Below, piece after piece: positions 26,112-38,242 of a stretch of DNA of 64,000 bases; position 1 is the first letter of the stretch, and each line of letters starts with the position of its first letter. The notes beneath the pieces were generated by a model, which saw only the letters and a list, made by a program, of their open reading frames with translations, had not been told where the DNA came from and searched no databases. The position numbers and the translations under genes were made by a program. The DNA lies in assembly GCF_006345805.1 (NCBI RefSeq), contig NC_043019.1, positions 30,069,360 to 30,133,359 on the forward strand, written 5' to 3'. Origin of the DNA: Octopus sinensis. Its lineage: Eukaryota.

Positions 26112-26239
26112 TCTGAATTTGAAAATCTGGCACTGAAAGATGATTTATCATCTGTTGAAGAAGAACTCGAAGCCAACAGAGCCGTTGTGTCTTTTCTGCA
26201 GAAGGAAATTGATCAACTCCAGCGCCAGATGCATACAAG
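26112..26239 (+). CDS. Internal coding exon of an unidentified coiled-coil protein
   Basis: Acceptor TAATTTCAG, donor AAG|GTTAGC. The only open frame is [42 protein letters not shown] (heptad-like, non-repetitive DNA). Phase 0 to phase 2. Confidence 0.75.
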
Positions 26240-26527
26240 GTTAGCCAGAAAATATTATCTTGTCTTATTTGTATTTTAAAAGATGATATTATTTCTACAG
26301 TATTGATCCACTGCTATCTTGTATTCTGTTAAAGAAAAACCAAAAAGCCAAAAATCTGACGGTTGTATTATTTATTTTCAATTGTTTTTTTCTGGCATTG
26401 ATGTGTTGCTAACTAAATTCTTTTACTCCTTTTGGTTATCCAATTACTGATAGTGTTTCATTGTCTGTTATGTTTTTGTTCTGTTTGATACTTCTGTAGC
26501 TACTCCGTCACTGTATGACTCTGAAAG

Positions 26528-26579
26528 GGCCGTGAAAACAAAATCATTTACTCTTGAAATATTTGATAAAATGTCACAG
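26528..26579 (+). CDS. Weak candidate exon (AVKTKSFTLEIFDKMSQ)
   Basis: Donor CAG|GTTCGT and an open frame. The better acceptor at 26499 is out of phase with the previous exon and gives SYSVTV*. The AAG acceptor at 26527 is in phase. Confidence 0.25.
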
Positions 26580-27109
26580 GTTCGTGGTGTTTCAAAATCA
26601 GGGTTTACAATGTAACTGCTTACTGCAAACAAAAAGTAAGGTATATCTATCTCCCTAAGGAATATTTGGAAAATTGTATTTTTATTATTTAATAACAGTT
26701 TAATTCCTCTTCATGTACCTTAAAATTTTGTAAGCTCATAAAATGAGCCTAGCTCTTCAGGCTTAGATAACCGAATGGAGAAAGTTCAAGATAGCTATTT
26801 GAGATTGGGCTGCTACTAGTCAAGGCAGGTTACATGGTGTTGTTGATATTGTTATTGCTACAGTGGTGACATCAGATAGAGATAGTAGAAATCACAATCT
26901 GTATTTCAACAGTGTAATTGAACAGAATGTTTGTGGTACCTTGGTGTCTGGCAAATAAAGAGAAAATTATAAGCAACACCAGATACCAGACTGCTGGTGT
27001 CTGGATATTCCTACTGCATGAGTATGGAAGTGTGCATATCTGGTGTATTTGTGAAAATTGTTTTTTTAAATTTAGTTATTAGAAAAGGACCATATGTCCC
27101 TTTTGTTGT

Positions 27110-27460
27110 TTGGTTTGTGCCTCTAGCTCTACAATTGAAGTTACTAAGCACTAATTTGCATTGGGTTGTACATTCTTCACCAGGAAAAGACTTTGTCTTT
27201 ACAAGCATTTGTTTGTTCTGCTTTCTGGTGAGAATGTGAGTCCATCCGTCTTGTCACTGGAAGATGATCAGGTTTCTGGTTGGTCTCCTGAAGTTAGTGT
27301 TGCAGGTCATCAAGTCATTTGCATCACAGAGCTCTTTCTACCTTATTCTCTCCTCATTTCTGGAACCAAAAGTCATAACCTCCATGTATTCCCAGCAACC
27401 CATTGAGATGTTGTCCAACATGTCCATTGGATTCTCCAGCCGCGCGAAACATACATACAT
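27110..27460 (-). pseudogene. Decayed RTE LINE endonuclease-region fragment
   Basis: Minus-strand translation AGESNGHVGQH...HGGYDFGSRNEE...CDANDLMTCNTNFRRP...KSFPGEECTTQCKLVLSNF resembles the AP-endonuclease region of RTE ORFs. Contains stops. Confidence 0.75.
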
Positions 27461-28219
27461 AATCCCGTTCATTTATTTATTTAGGCAGTGTATTTGCTAG
27501 ACAAGTGATTTGATCCAAGACCATGTGTTGAAACTAAAATGATTGCAGTGTGGAAGATATATTAGCCACTCAAAAACACACATATAAAACTGAACTTCAC
27601 TTAAACATTTGTGCCAGTGGCACATAAAAAGCACCAACCAATCGTGGCCGCTGCTAGCCTCCCCTGGCATCTGTGGCCGTGGCACGTAAAAAGCACCCAC
27701 TACACTCACGGAGTGGTTGGAATTAGGAAGGGCTGTAGAAACACTGCCAGATCAGACTGGAGCCTGGTGCAGCTTCCTGGCTTCCCAGACTCCAGTCGAA
27801 CCTTCCAACCCATGCTAGCATGGAAAATAGATGTTAAACGATGATGATGATGAAGATGATGACGATGTATCAAAATTTTCGTCACATGAACTGCAACCTG
27901 GTCACTGACATGATTCCTGCAACGGGAGTAATAAATGCTTAAGTGGAGTTAACATTTCTTTGCTTGTTTTGGAATGGCTAATATATATCTTCCACACTGC
28001 TATTGTATATACAAATACATACATGCACATGTGTGTGTGCATGTGTGCATGCATGCATGAGTAAGAGAGTTGCTAATAAACAGATGTGTCAAAGAAACAT
28101 ACCTTGTGGTATTTATTCCACTCGGTTTGCACAGACACTCACTTGTTAATTACAACATGAGAAATACAGTGACCAAGTCATAGGCTCATTTGACACCTAT
28201 CACTAAATGCTTGATATGA

Positions 28220-29390
28220 AATGAAAATTAAAGTTTTTGAACACAATACACCCCATATTATCTGGCATACAAGTCCATGTAGTATGTAGTGTAAGCTTGT
28301 AGTGTAAACATTCAAAAATCATCATTATCTTTACAAATCCTGCTACATGTTTGTTTTGTTTGTTTGTTCTTTCTCGAGCCATGCCTGGCTCATAAAGGCC
28401 GGTTTCCTTGGCGTATAGGTTCCCCACCTGGACAGGATGCCGGTCCATCGCATGTGAGCTGCAAGATGCAGGAGGAAAGAGTGAGAGAAAGATGTGGCAA
28501 AAGAGTCATCAGAAGTTCACCATTACCTTCTGCCGGAGCCGCATGGAGCTTAGGTGTTTCGCTCAAAAACACACACATCGCCTGGTCTGAGATTCAAACC
28601 TGCGATCCCTCAACCGCGAGTCCACTGCTCTAACCACTAGGCCATGCTACATGGAAAATTGGTCCTCCAAAGTTGTCTGGGTGCATAAATATACCTACCT
28701 TTCTTGGTTGTAACTTTAGGTTTGCAAATTTCAAATTGTATATTGGAAAATACAGTATGTACATATATAAGACAGAAGGGTATGATCTAAAACAGTTTTA
28801 GCTGCTATTTCTAACAGTTCTTGCAACCAGTTAGAGATTTCTTTTATTGGCTCATATATACAGACATTATTTTTTGGCATACAACACAATATAGTATATA
28901 GTGTAAACATGTAATGTAAAAATTCAGACATCATCACTATCTTTCCAAATCCCATTGCATTTCACATGGAATTTTTGATTCTTCAATGTTGTCTTGGTGT
29001 TTAAGTCAACCTGCCATTCTTTTGGCTTTAAATTTTGCTCTGAAAGATTGAACTTGTAGGCTAGAAAATATGGTACGTACATATATAAGACAGCAGGCTG
29101 CAATTTGAAATAAATCTTTTTTGCTATTTCTAGCAGGTCTAACAATCATACAGAAGTTTCCTTCATTGGCTCATACAAACATACATACAGTATTTCCTGA
29201 CATACAAGCTGATGTAGTATCTAGTGTAAACATTCAAATGGTGTCATTATCTTTACAAATCCTGCTGCATTTCACATGGGATTTTTGGTCCTCCAAAACC
29301 ATCTTTGTGTATAAGTCAACTAACCATTTTAGGCTGCAAATTTTGGTCTGAAAACTTTGACTTGTATGCCAGGAAATACAGTAGATTTTA
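28220..29390. repeat. Degenerate ~320-bp tandem array (3 units, first interrupted by SINE-C)
   Basis: AGTGTAAACAT at 28281, 28901 and 29224. TACATATATAAGACAG at ~28760 and ~29078. Related copy at ~23860-24570. Confidence 0.7.
28345..28628 (-). mobile_element. SINE group C, tail type 3
   Basis: C-type head with tail GCGATGGACCGGCATCCTGTCCAGG...GAAACCGG...ATGAGCC. Second copy at ~58376-58695 (+). Confidence 0.8.
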
Positions 29391-29880
29391 AACACAAAGT
29401 TGAGACAACAAAAAAAAAAAAAAAAGGAAACAAGCTTACAGACCAATACTCTTACAACGCATATCTATCAATTGCCAGGTGATTGTCTCTTCAATTACAC
29501 ATCTGAGTGCTAACCATTCGTTTGTCCTAAATTACTGTAGACACTATAAATTATTCCTACTATATTCCGTTATCTCTACAAGAAATATCAGCTATCACTG
29601 ACACTTAGAACTAAGTAAAATAGACTAGTTAAAATAGCAGAATCAATTTATAGTATCTAATTTGGGAAGAATGAATAATAGCTAGTGCTTTGATGTGTAA
29701 ACAGCAATGCAATCACTCAACCAGCAATAAATATATGGTTTGACCCCTCCACTGTGATCCTATTGGTCCTTTGCATCTCGTATCATTTGCTTTGAGTTGA
29801 TTTTAGTAGTTTTAATATTCTTACTTATTCTAAAGAACTAGATGAGGCATGACTATGTGATAAGACGTTTGCTTCCCTTT

Positions 29881-30112
29881 AAGGTGGTGAGCTGGCAGAA
29901 ACGTTAGCACGCTGGGCGAAATGCTTAGCAGTTTTTCGTCTGTCTTTATGTTCTGAGTTCAAATTCCGCTGAGATCAACTTTGCCTTTCATCCTTTCGGG
30001 GTCGATAAATTAAGTACCAGTTACACACTGGGTTGATGTAATCGACTTAATCCCTTTGTCTGTCCTCGTTTGTCCCCTCTATGTTTAGCCCCTTGTGGGT
30101 AATAAAGAAATA
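29881..30112 (+). mobile_element. Young SINE-A nested in an old SINE-B
   Basis: 16-bp TSD AGACGTTTGCTTCCCT / AGAAGTTTGCTTCCCT (29863-29878, 30113-30128). Confidence 0.9.
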
Positions 30113-30843
30113 AGAAGTTTGCTTCCCTGTTGCATGTTCTGGGTTTACTTCCACTGCATGGCACCTTGGGCAAGTGATTTCTATGACAGTCCTGGGCCAA
30201 CCAAAGCATTATGAGTGAATTTGGGAGATGGAGACTGAAAGAAGCTCATTGTATCTCAAAGTGTATGTGTACGTATGAGTGTGTGTGTATGTGCGTGTGC
30301 ACTTTTGTTTTCTTGTCTTCACATCATGTGATAGATGTAAATGATTGCCACTGTCATCCAAGCAGCGTCATTCATTTTCAATATTCTGTGAGAACATGTC
30401 CGTCCATGGAGAAATATTGCCTTGCTTTGAAATAACTGAGGGTTGGCAGCAGGAAGAGCATCTGGCTGCAGAAAATTTAATTCAAATAAACTCCATCCAA
30501 CCCATGCAAGCATTGGAAAAGTGAACTTCAGAATGACAATGATGACGAAATAGCTATACAGTTACCACACCTGTTACAGAAACATTGCATGTCTAATGAT
30601 TTGGCTTTATCATGAAAATACATAGCATAAACCCTATTTTACCCTTGATGTTGTACTGGAGATGCTTGTATTACATTCGAAATAACTCAGCCTAAAATAT
30701 GTCATTTTATATATTATAATATTGTGGTCATGGCTGAATGGCTTTCCTATTGCCAGTCCTTTGGCCGCATCTTACAACATGCAGGGATTCAGAGTACCTT
30801 TTATAAAACCAGGACACATATGGAATATCTGAGATATATATGG

Positions 30844-30884
<41 letters not shown>

Positions 30885-30920
30885 CATATATATACATATA
30901 TATGTATATATATATATATA

Positions 30921-30965
<45 letters not shown>

Positions 30966-31012
30966 ATATGTATGTATATATATATGTATATATATATGTA
31001 TGTATATATTTG

Positions 31013-31039
<27 letters not shown>

Positions 31040-31043
<4 letters not shown>

Positions 31044-31316
31044 CCTCGACTGGCTTCCGTGCAGGTGGCACGTAAAATGCACCAATCCGACCGTGGCCGA
31101 TGCCAGCCTCGCCTGGCACCAGTGCAGGTGGCATGTAAAAAGCACCCACTACACTCACAGAGTGGTTGGCGTTAGGAAGGGCATCCAGCTGTAGAAACAT
31201 TGCCAGATAAGACTGGAGCCTGGTGCAGCCTTCTGGCTTCCCAGAACCCCGGTTGAACCGTCCAACCCATGCTAGCATGGAGAACGGACGTTAAACGATG
31301 ATGATGATGATGATGA
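31040..31316 (+). mobile_element. RTE 3'UTR fragment inside a (TA)n tract
   Basis: Ends GGACGTTAAAC(GAT)n with (TA)n on both sides. Similar fragments at ~19485-19675, 25222-25490, 27610-27865, 42085-42320, 53040-53375, 60425-60725. Confidence 0.88.
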
Positions 31317-31376
31317 TATATATATATATATTAAATTTTGAATAATCCGTAACAAGATAATTCATTTATCCATTTC

Positions 31377-31411
<35 letters not shown>

Positions 31412-31817
31412 TCATCATCATTGTTTAACATCTGCTTTCCATGCTGGCATATATTTGAAGCAGATTGTATTTAGGCATTTTAATTTTAATTTTTTAAAAA
31501 ATGTTCCAAACTTTTGGCCGCAACTATAGGCAACTCCGTTGATCGAACTGCTGAATACTTATTATCAGGACTAACAGAGATCCATTTACTTTCTCTCTCT
31601 GTCTCTCAAAAAGATATTTATTTTAAACCAACAGTTGGGTTGAGCAACATTTTAATTACTACTCTTTATTGTTTACACATTGTTTACACATTCAATTATT
31701 GCATGCAGTCATTATATCCTTCCTGTCGTCATACTTTACAATGGTCATCTTATGTCTAAGCTTCAATCAAATGAATTTCAGTAAAATAAAAGATTCTGTT
31801 TGTAATGAATTCATGAA

Positions 31818-32205
31818 TAGTGGAAGCACTCCGTCGGTTACGACAACGAGGGTTCCGGTTGATCCGAATCAACGGAACAGCCTGCTCGTGAAATTAACGT
31901 GTAAGTGGCTGAGCACTCCACAGACACGTGTACCCTTAACGTAGTTCTTGGGGATATTCAGCGTGACACAGAGAGTGACAAGGCTGGCCCCTTTGAAATA
32001 CAGGTTCAACAGAAACAGGAAGTAAGAGTGAGAGAAAGTTGTGGTGAAAGAGTACGGCAGGGATCACCACCATCCCCTGCTGGAGCCTCGTGGAGCTTTA
32101 GGTGTTTTCGCTCAATAAACACTCACAACGCCCGGTCTGGGAATCGAAACCACGATCCTACGACCACGAGTCCGCTGCCCTAACCACTGGGCCATTGCGC
32201 CACCT
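31818..32205 (-). mobile_element. SINE group C, tail type 1, full-length
   Basis: Same tRNA-like head. Tail ...GTGTCTGTGGAGTGCTCAGCCACTTACACGTTAATTTCACGAGCAGG...TAACCGACGGAGTGCTTCC. Decayed + copy at ~59640-59965. Confidence 0.88.
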
Positions 32206-33006
32206 CATGAATAGTAATATATTACTGTCGTGTTTCCTCCCTACAATAATTAACTCAATCATACAAATGGTTGTGTCATCACTAATCTCTATCCTCCTCT
32301 CTAATAATATAAGTTTTTTCCTGGCTATTGTTTATCAATGTTGTTGTTATTGCTGTCTATTTAGCTATCCCAGACTCCCAGGCCTGCCTCGATCAGGCAG
32401 ATTCATGGTCAAAGGCATTCTAGCTGTCCATTTCCTCTTTTGTCATTAAATTTCTATAAAAATGTATTGACTGTGATTCAATTAATTCTGAAAATAAAGT
32501 GATTAGAAAAAAAACCCCAAAATTGTCTTTATTAAACTGGTGTTTGGGACAAAGAAATATGAAATTGTGACAGAAGGCTTTCATTTAAATTAATCACAAT
32601 AAAAAGAGACATTTGCATCACAGGTCGAAGGACAAAAGGATTCAGGTATGGGCACATTCAACATTTGCCCGGGGGCTTCTGAGGTTTAGGGACCCAATTC
32701 TGATTTATGCATTCTGTGGCTTGTTATCAATAAATAAATATTATAGGGCCCAGTGCATTCATTTCTCTAGGGATCTGTATAATGCTGTTAAAATGGCCCT
32801 GTGTGGAAACCCTTAAGATGGATCCCTCTTGTAACTCAAATGTTCAGTCATGTTTCACTTTATCACATTGATTCTTCCTCAGAATTGTGAAGGAACATGG
32901 TTTGGTGCCTACGGTATTCAGCTCATGATTGAAAGGTTGGGAGTTCAGTTCTTGGTGGTGTGTTGTGTCCATGTTTTGAAAGATGATAGAATTTTAACAA
33001 CTGAAG

Positions 33007-33243
33007 TGTGGAAAATGCTTGTAAGCCATTTTAGAACACACAAAAACCGTTAATTTTATTTCAACATTTAAATTTAATTTGTGTCAAAATATTTTTGTCA
33101 CTTTGAAACCTCGACCTGTTCTCTGACAAAACTTTGTGCTGTCACGCGATGAAAATATTTTGACACAAATTAAATTTAAATGTTGAAGTGAAACTAATGG
33201 TTTTTGTATGTGTTCTTAAATGGCTTACGAACATCTTCCATAC
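33007..33243. mobile_element. Foldback (palindromic) MITE
   Basis: Perfect 36-bp inverted repeat 33060-33095 / 33152-33187 with imperfect outer arms of ~50 bp. Confidence 0.8.
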
Positions 33244-35270
33244 TGCAACTGTTTTTGTTTTAGCACATGATCTCAGTACTTGCTACGCAAGTACATCTCC
33301 AATAGAATTTTAATTTGAGAGAAATTTTACTGCTATTTCTCAAGACTTGGGCAACTGAGTCTCCCTTGGCTCATCTTTATGTTGAGCATCAATTTGTATA
33401 CAAATATTTTGTTTTTCTTCTGCTGAATGCTATGCTTCAGAATGAATTATGAACTACATCTCGTTACTACTATGAAGTTCCTTCCTCTACAGAAAGGGGA
33501 TAGTTGTTCCTAGCACTTACATGTTTAGTTGAGTTGATTTATTCAACAAAATATAGTCTTTTATCTAGATACACATTCTATAGATGGAGGCAAAAGAAAT
33601 ATATTTGTATCTACATCACAGAACAACCTGTACAAATACATCTCTATACATTATTGTGTTAAACTCAGCAAGGAATTTCTTTCTTTCATATTGCTAATTG
33701 CTTTATTGTTACAATTCTTTAAATAGTTCAATAAATTCTACAGATGGACAATAAATTTATCCACTTTCACATTAATATTTTAAAAAATTTTGTGCTTAAT
33801 ATTAAACATTTTGCCCGGCGTGCTAACGTTTCTGCTAGCTCACCGCCTTATTTTAGCATAGTTTCTATGGCTGAATGCTCTTCCTAGTACCAAACATTCT
33901 ACAGAATATATTGTATGCATTTTATCACAGTATTTCTCAAGCAGGATTGTCTTGCCCTTGGTAACCAATTCTTTGAGTATACAGAGTTCATTTTATCATA
34001 TCATGGCACCAGTAAGACTTGAGTCTTCACTATTCTATAATGTGTCCATTCATTTGAGGCTATGTAATAATAATATAATAATAATAATAATAATATAATA
34101 ATAATATAATAATTATTATTATGATAATAATAATAATTATTATTATTATGATAATAATAATAATTTATATATTTGTTGTGCAAGATTTTTTATGTGAAGT
34201 CGTGTGTTGAAACAGACATTGTTGTATTTCGGAATGGTCATTTTGCCAGTTTAGCCAATAGAAATAGAAAATGGCTGACGGTTAGTAAGGAGAGACACAA
34301 ATAAGAAAGAAGAAAACAAAGGACCACTGATGCGGTCACAGGAGTATGATGAAAGAACTCTGGCCGAAATAAGATTAAGATTAATGTAAAATATAAAAAA
34401 CGCTGAAGCAAAGTAACACCAAATATATAGTGCGTGTGTTTTTATTGGCTAAACTGGTACAATGACCATTCCGAAATACAACAACAACAACAACAACAAT
34501 AATAATAATATAATAATAATAATAATAATAATAATATAATAGAAGAGGGATTATGATGGAGGAGGAGGAAGAGATGGGGTGGGAGGGTAGTAAAGGTGGT
34601 AATAATCCTTTCTACAATAGACACAAGGCCGGAAATGTTAGAGGAGGGTGGCTGGTCAATTACGTCAACCCCAGTGCACAACTGGTACTTATTTTTATGG
34701 ACCCCAAAAGGATGAAAGACAAAGTTGACCTTGGTGGAATTTGAACTCAGAATGTAAAGGTGTAAAGCATTTTGCCTGGTGTGCTAATGATTTTGCCAGC
34801 TCGCTGCTGTAGGCAATGTGATAATAACAGAAGGGAGATTATGTGGGGTGGGGTGGGGTGGGGGTGAAATATAAGGGTGGGAGGGGAGGGGATGCAGTAA
34901 TAATGGAAGGGGCAGTAACATGCTGGTTGTTGATAAGGAGATTGAATATAAAAAAAAAACATAAATGGCTTGATAAGAGAAGGGAGAGTGATAGGAGAGA
35001 CAAGATGATGGAAGTGAGTGAGAAAGAGGGAGAGAGAGAGAGAGAGAGAGGGTTAGCGATATGAAAATGAATGATGTTGTGAGAGAGAAAGGATGATAGG
35101 TGTCAAAGAGGGGCAAAGGGGAGAGTCATTGGACAGAAAATGATGGATAACAATGAGGAAGAGTGATGGTTGAAAGGGATTGATTATGGACTGATCTAAT
35201 GATAGCCTTTATTAATAGGCAGAATGATGGGGGTAGAGTGATAAAGAGCAAAAGTAGGCAGGCAGGGTTG

Positions 35271-35530
35271 AATATGGATAGATTCGAGGCCATTTCTCTT
35301 TAGATTCGAGAACATGGATAGATTTGTGAATATGGATAGATTCAAGGCCATCTCTCTTTAGATTCGAGAATATGGATAGATTCAAAGCCATCTCTCTTTA
35401 GATGCGGGAATATGGATAAATTTGTGAATATGGATAGATTCGAGGCCATCTCTCTTTAGATTCGAGAATATGGATAGATTTGAGGCTATCTCTTTTTAGA
35501 TTCGAGAATATGGATAGATTTGAGGCCATT
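35271..35530. repeat. 40-bp minisatellite with interspersed 18-bp short units
   Basis: Unit AATATGGATAGATTCGAGGCCATCTCTCTTTAGATTCGAG, short unit AATATGGATAGATTTGTG. Confidence 0.9.
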
Positions 35531-35924
35531 TGTAGGTGATATGACCAAGAGAGTAGATAGAATGAATAAGACGAACAAAAAAATATTAGTAACAAGTTAA
35601 AACTCGGAAAATATAGAGTAATAAGATTTACATCACACAAAACTTCACTATTAACAATATGTGTGTGTGTGTGTGTGTGAATGAATGAATATCTTCAGTG
35701 GACAAAATGTGTTTGATTATTTTGGCAGAATGCTTCAAAACATGGCTTGATATTTGTCAGTGATATTCTTATGGGAATTTCTGTATTCTTAATAGTCGAG
35801 TGGCATTTTATCTTTATTGCCATTAAAGCTGGAAATGCAGATTCCTATAAATATGTAGAAGAAAGTGATAACAGTCATTGCTAATTCCAAGAGTGTTGGC
35901 TTTTCTCATTTCATATTCAACCAG

Positions 35925-36021
35925 AAACACTCAAGTTCGAGCCTTGCGTTTCATAACAGATCTGCAAATCCTTCTTGAGCCCTCAAATAAAGATGTTTCA
36001 CCTGTTCCCTTGCAGCAATAA
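35925..36021 (+). CDS. Candidate alternative terminal exon (NTQVRALRFITDLQILLEPSNKDVSPVPLQQ*)
   Basis: Good acceptor TTTTCTCATTTCATATTCAACCAG. Phase-2 start compatible with exon 26112-26239. AATAAA overlaps the stop. No homology evidence. Confidence 0.3.
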
Positions 36022-36073
36022 ATGAGATTTGAACCCAATCTCATTTAGTATTGTCTGTGCCTGGTAGAAAACT

Positions 36074-36183
36074 GGAACTGTTTTTTCATGGAACTGTTTT
36101 TCCATGGAACTGTTTTTCCATGGAACTGTTTTTCCATGGAACTGTTTTTCCATGGAACTGTTTTTCCATGGAACTGTTTTTCC
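36074..36183. repeat. 16-bp minisatellite (GGAACTGTTTTTCCAT) x ~7
   Basis: Direct tandem copies visible. Confidence 0.95.
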
Positions 36184-37403
36184 GTGCATCTCAAATATTC
36201 AGTTATGTTCAGCTTAATCAAATTTAATCGAATTAGTTTCAAACAAAATTCTTATCACCATGGATACATTTCAATTTTATCATTTTGTACAGCATGTTTT
36301 CCTTGATTTATTTTGTTCATGAATGTTTCAATTTTACCTTTCAAAGTGAAAATGTTTTGTGTTCACACCTTAAAATGTTAATTTAAACTGCTCAGATACA
36401 CTTTAATTTACAGATAAGAGAAAAGTTATGTCTGAACATTAATATCTTTCCTATTCTTAGATGTCATCTGCTCTCAGCAGGTTGAATGTTAAGGAGCTGT
36501 ATTTGAATAGTCTAAAATTCATAGTGGGGTCTCAATTCTTTCCATACAGGCTGGTCACAAGTCTATATTCTATCAAGAGTATGTCCTTAACCCTTTGATG
36601 TTTAACCCTTTAGTATTTAAACCGGCCATATCCGGCCAAAATAGTTATTCTGTCTTATGTTCAAACTGACCAGATCCAGGCTCTCAGACCTACCCTACAA
36701 TGTTATTCTACATTAAGTAATTACACCATCAAGATCTTGAAGATATGAGATAATGCATGATTAATTCAAATCAATGTGAATCAAGCATTATGTTTGATAG
36801 AATAATCTGAACACTAAAGGGTTAAGCCAGTCATATCCGGCCCAAATATCCTACATGATTACATTCAAACTGGCCATATTCAGCCCCTCACACCTAACCT
36901 ACATTGACATTCTAAGAATAAACTATCACACCATTGAAACTTCAAAGCTGTAAGATAATGTATGATTAATTTAAAACAATTTGAGTGAAAAAAAAGTATT
37001 ACATTTAACAGATTAATCTGAACATTAAGGGGTTAATGTACCAAACATCTTGCTGCCATGCCTTCTGACCAATTCACCATATTGGGTTTGTCTAACTCAT
37101 CTGCTATTTCGGTCTTCATGCATTTAACCCTTTTGTTACTAACCCGGCCAAAACCACCTCTGGCTCTGAGTACAAATGTCTTGTCATCATAAGTTTCGAA
37201 TTAAAATCTTCCACCAAACCTTAGTCACAATTTACGTTCCTAACACTAGCTTAATGATAACCAAGTTATTTTATTAAATTCTTTGTTATATTTAAAATAA
37301 TTGAAAGAAACACAGAGCATCTCAAAATAAATAGGTAATGAAAGGGTTAAGGGGTTACTTCCCCTGTACAACTATCCTTCCATGATTGCTGATACCCTCT
37401 ATT

Positions 37404-37459
<56 letters not shown>

Positions 37460-37721
37460 TTAGTTTTGCTTTGCTCACTAGCTTAAGTGATCTGTCATGG
37501 TGTGGCCATTGGTGTGCACAATCAATTTCTGGGAGGCATAAGGGAGAGCTGTGTAGAAGTCAGAGACCAGTGCTCCTGTCTACATCTGAGGATGGGTGGC
37601 TGTTAGGTTCACAAATTTACTGCTCCTTACGCACCTTACCAAACACCATGGATATAAATTATTTATATTTATTTAATCTCTTATGATCTAAAATATCTAT
37701 GAATAAAAAGAAGCTCTTTTA

Positions 37722-37797
37722 AATGATGTGTTTCTTCATCATCATCATTATCATCATCATCATCATCATCACCACCACCACCACCACCACCACCACC

Positions 37798-37831
<34 letters not shown>

Positions 37832-37887
37832 CCACCACCACCACCACCACCACCTTCTTTTTCTTCTTCTTCTTCTTCTTCTTCTTC
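37722..37887. repeat. Compound trinucleotide tract (CAT)n(CAC)n(CAT)n(CAC)n(CTT)n
   Basis: Directly visible. Source of the poly-H/T/G ORFs. Confidence 0.95.
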
Positions 37888-38200
37888 GAAGTCCTTTTTT
37901 TCCATGCTGGTGTGGGTCAGATGGTTTGACATGAACAAAATGAGTCGGAGGGCTGCCACTGAGTTCCAATGTCTGGTTTGGCACAGTTTCTACTGTTGGG
38001 TGCCCTTCCTTAATGCCAACCACTTCACAGAGTGTACAGCGTACTTTTCATGTGGCACTAGCACCTGTGAGGTTTCCAAGTACCTGCAACATGAGACCGG
38101 TCAACTGAGTGGAGGTATAGTATTGAAGGATAAGAAAGTAAGATACAAGGATAGGGGCAGGTGTCTTTCTGAAGAGGGTGGATACATGGTTTCCCTATCA

Positions 38201-38242
<42 letters not shown>

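Noticed and set aside
37681-38023. Poly-His/Gly/Asp/Thr ORFs
   Set aside because: Compound trinucleotide microsatellite. The same applies to 10955-12096, 30724-31278, 41503-42092 and 49664-50083.
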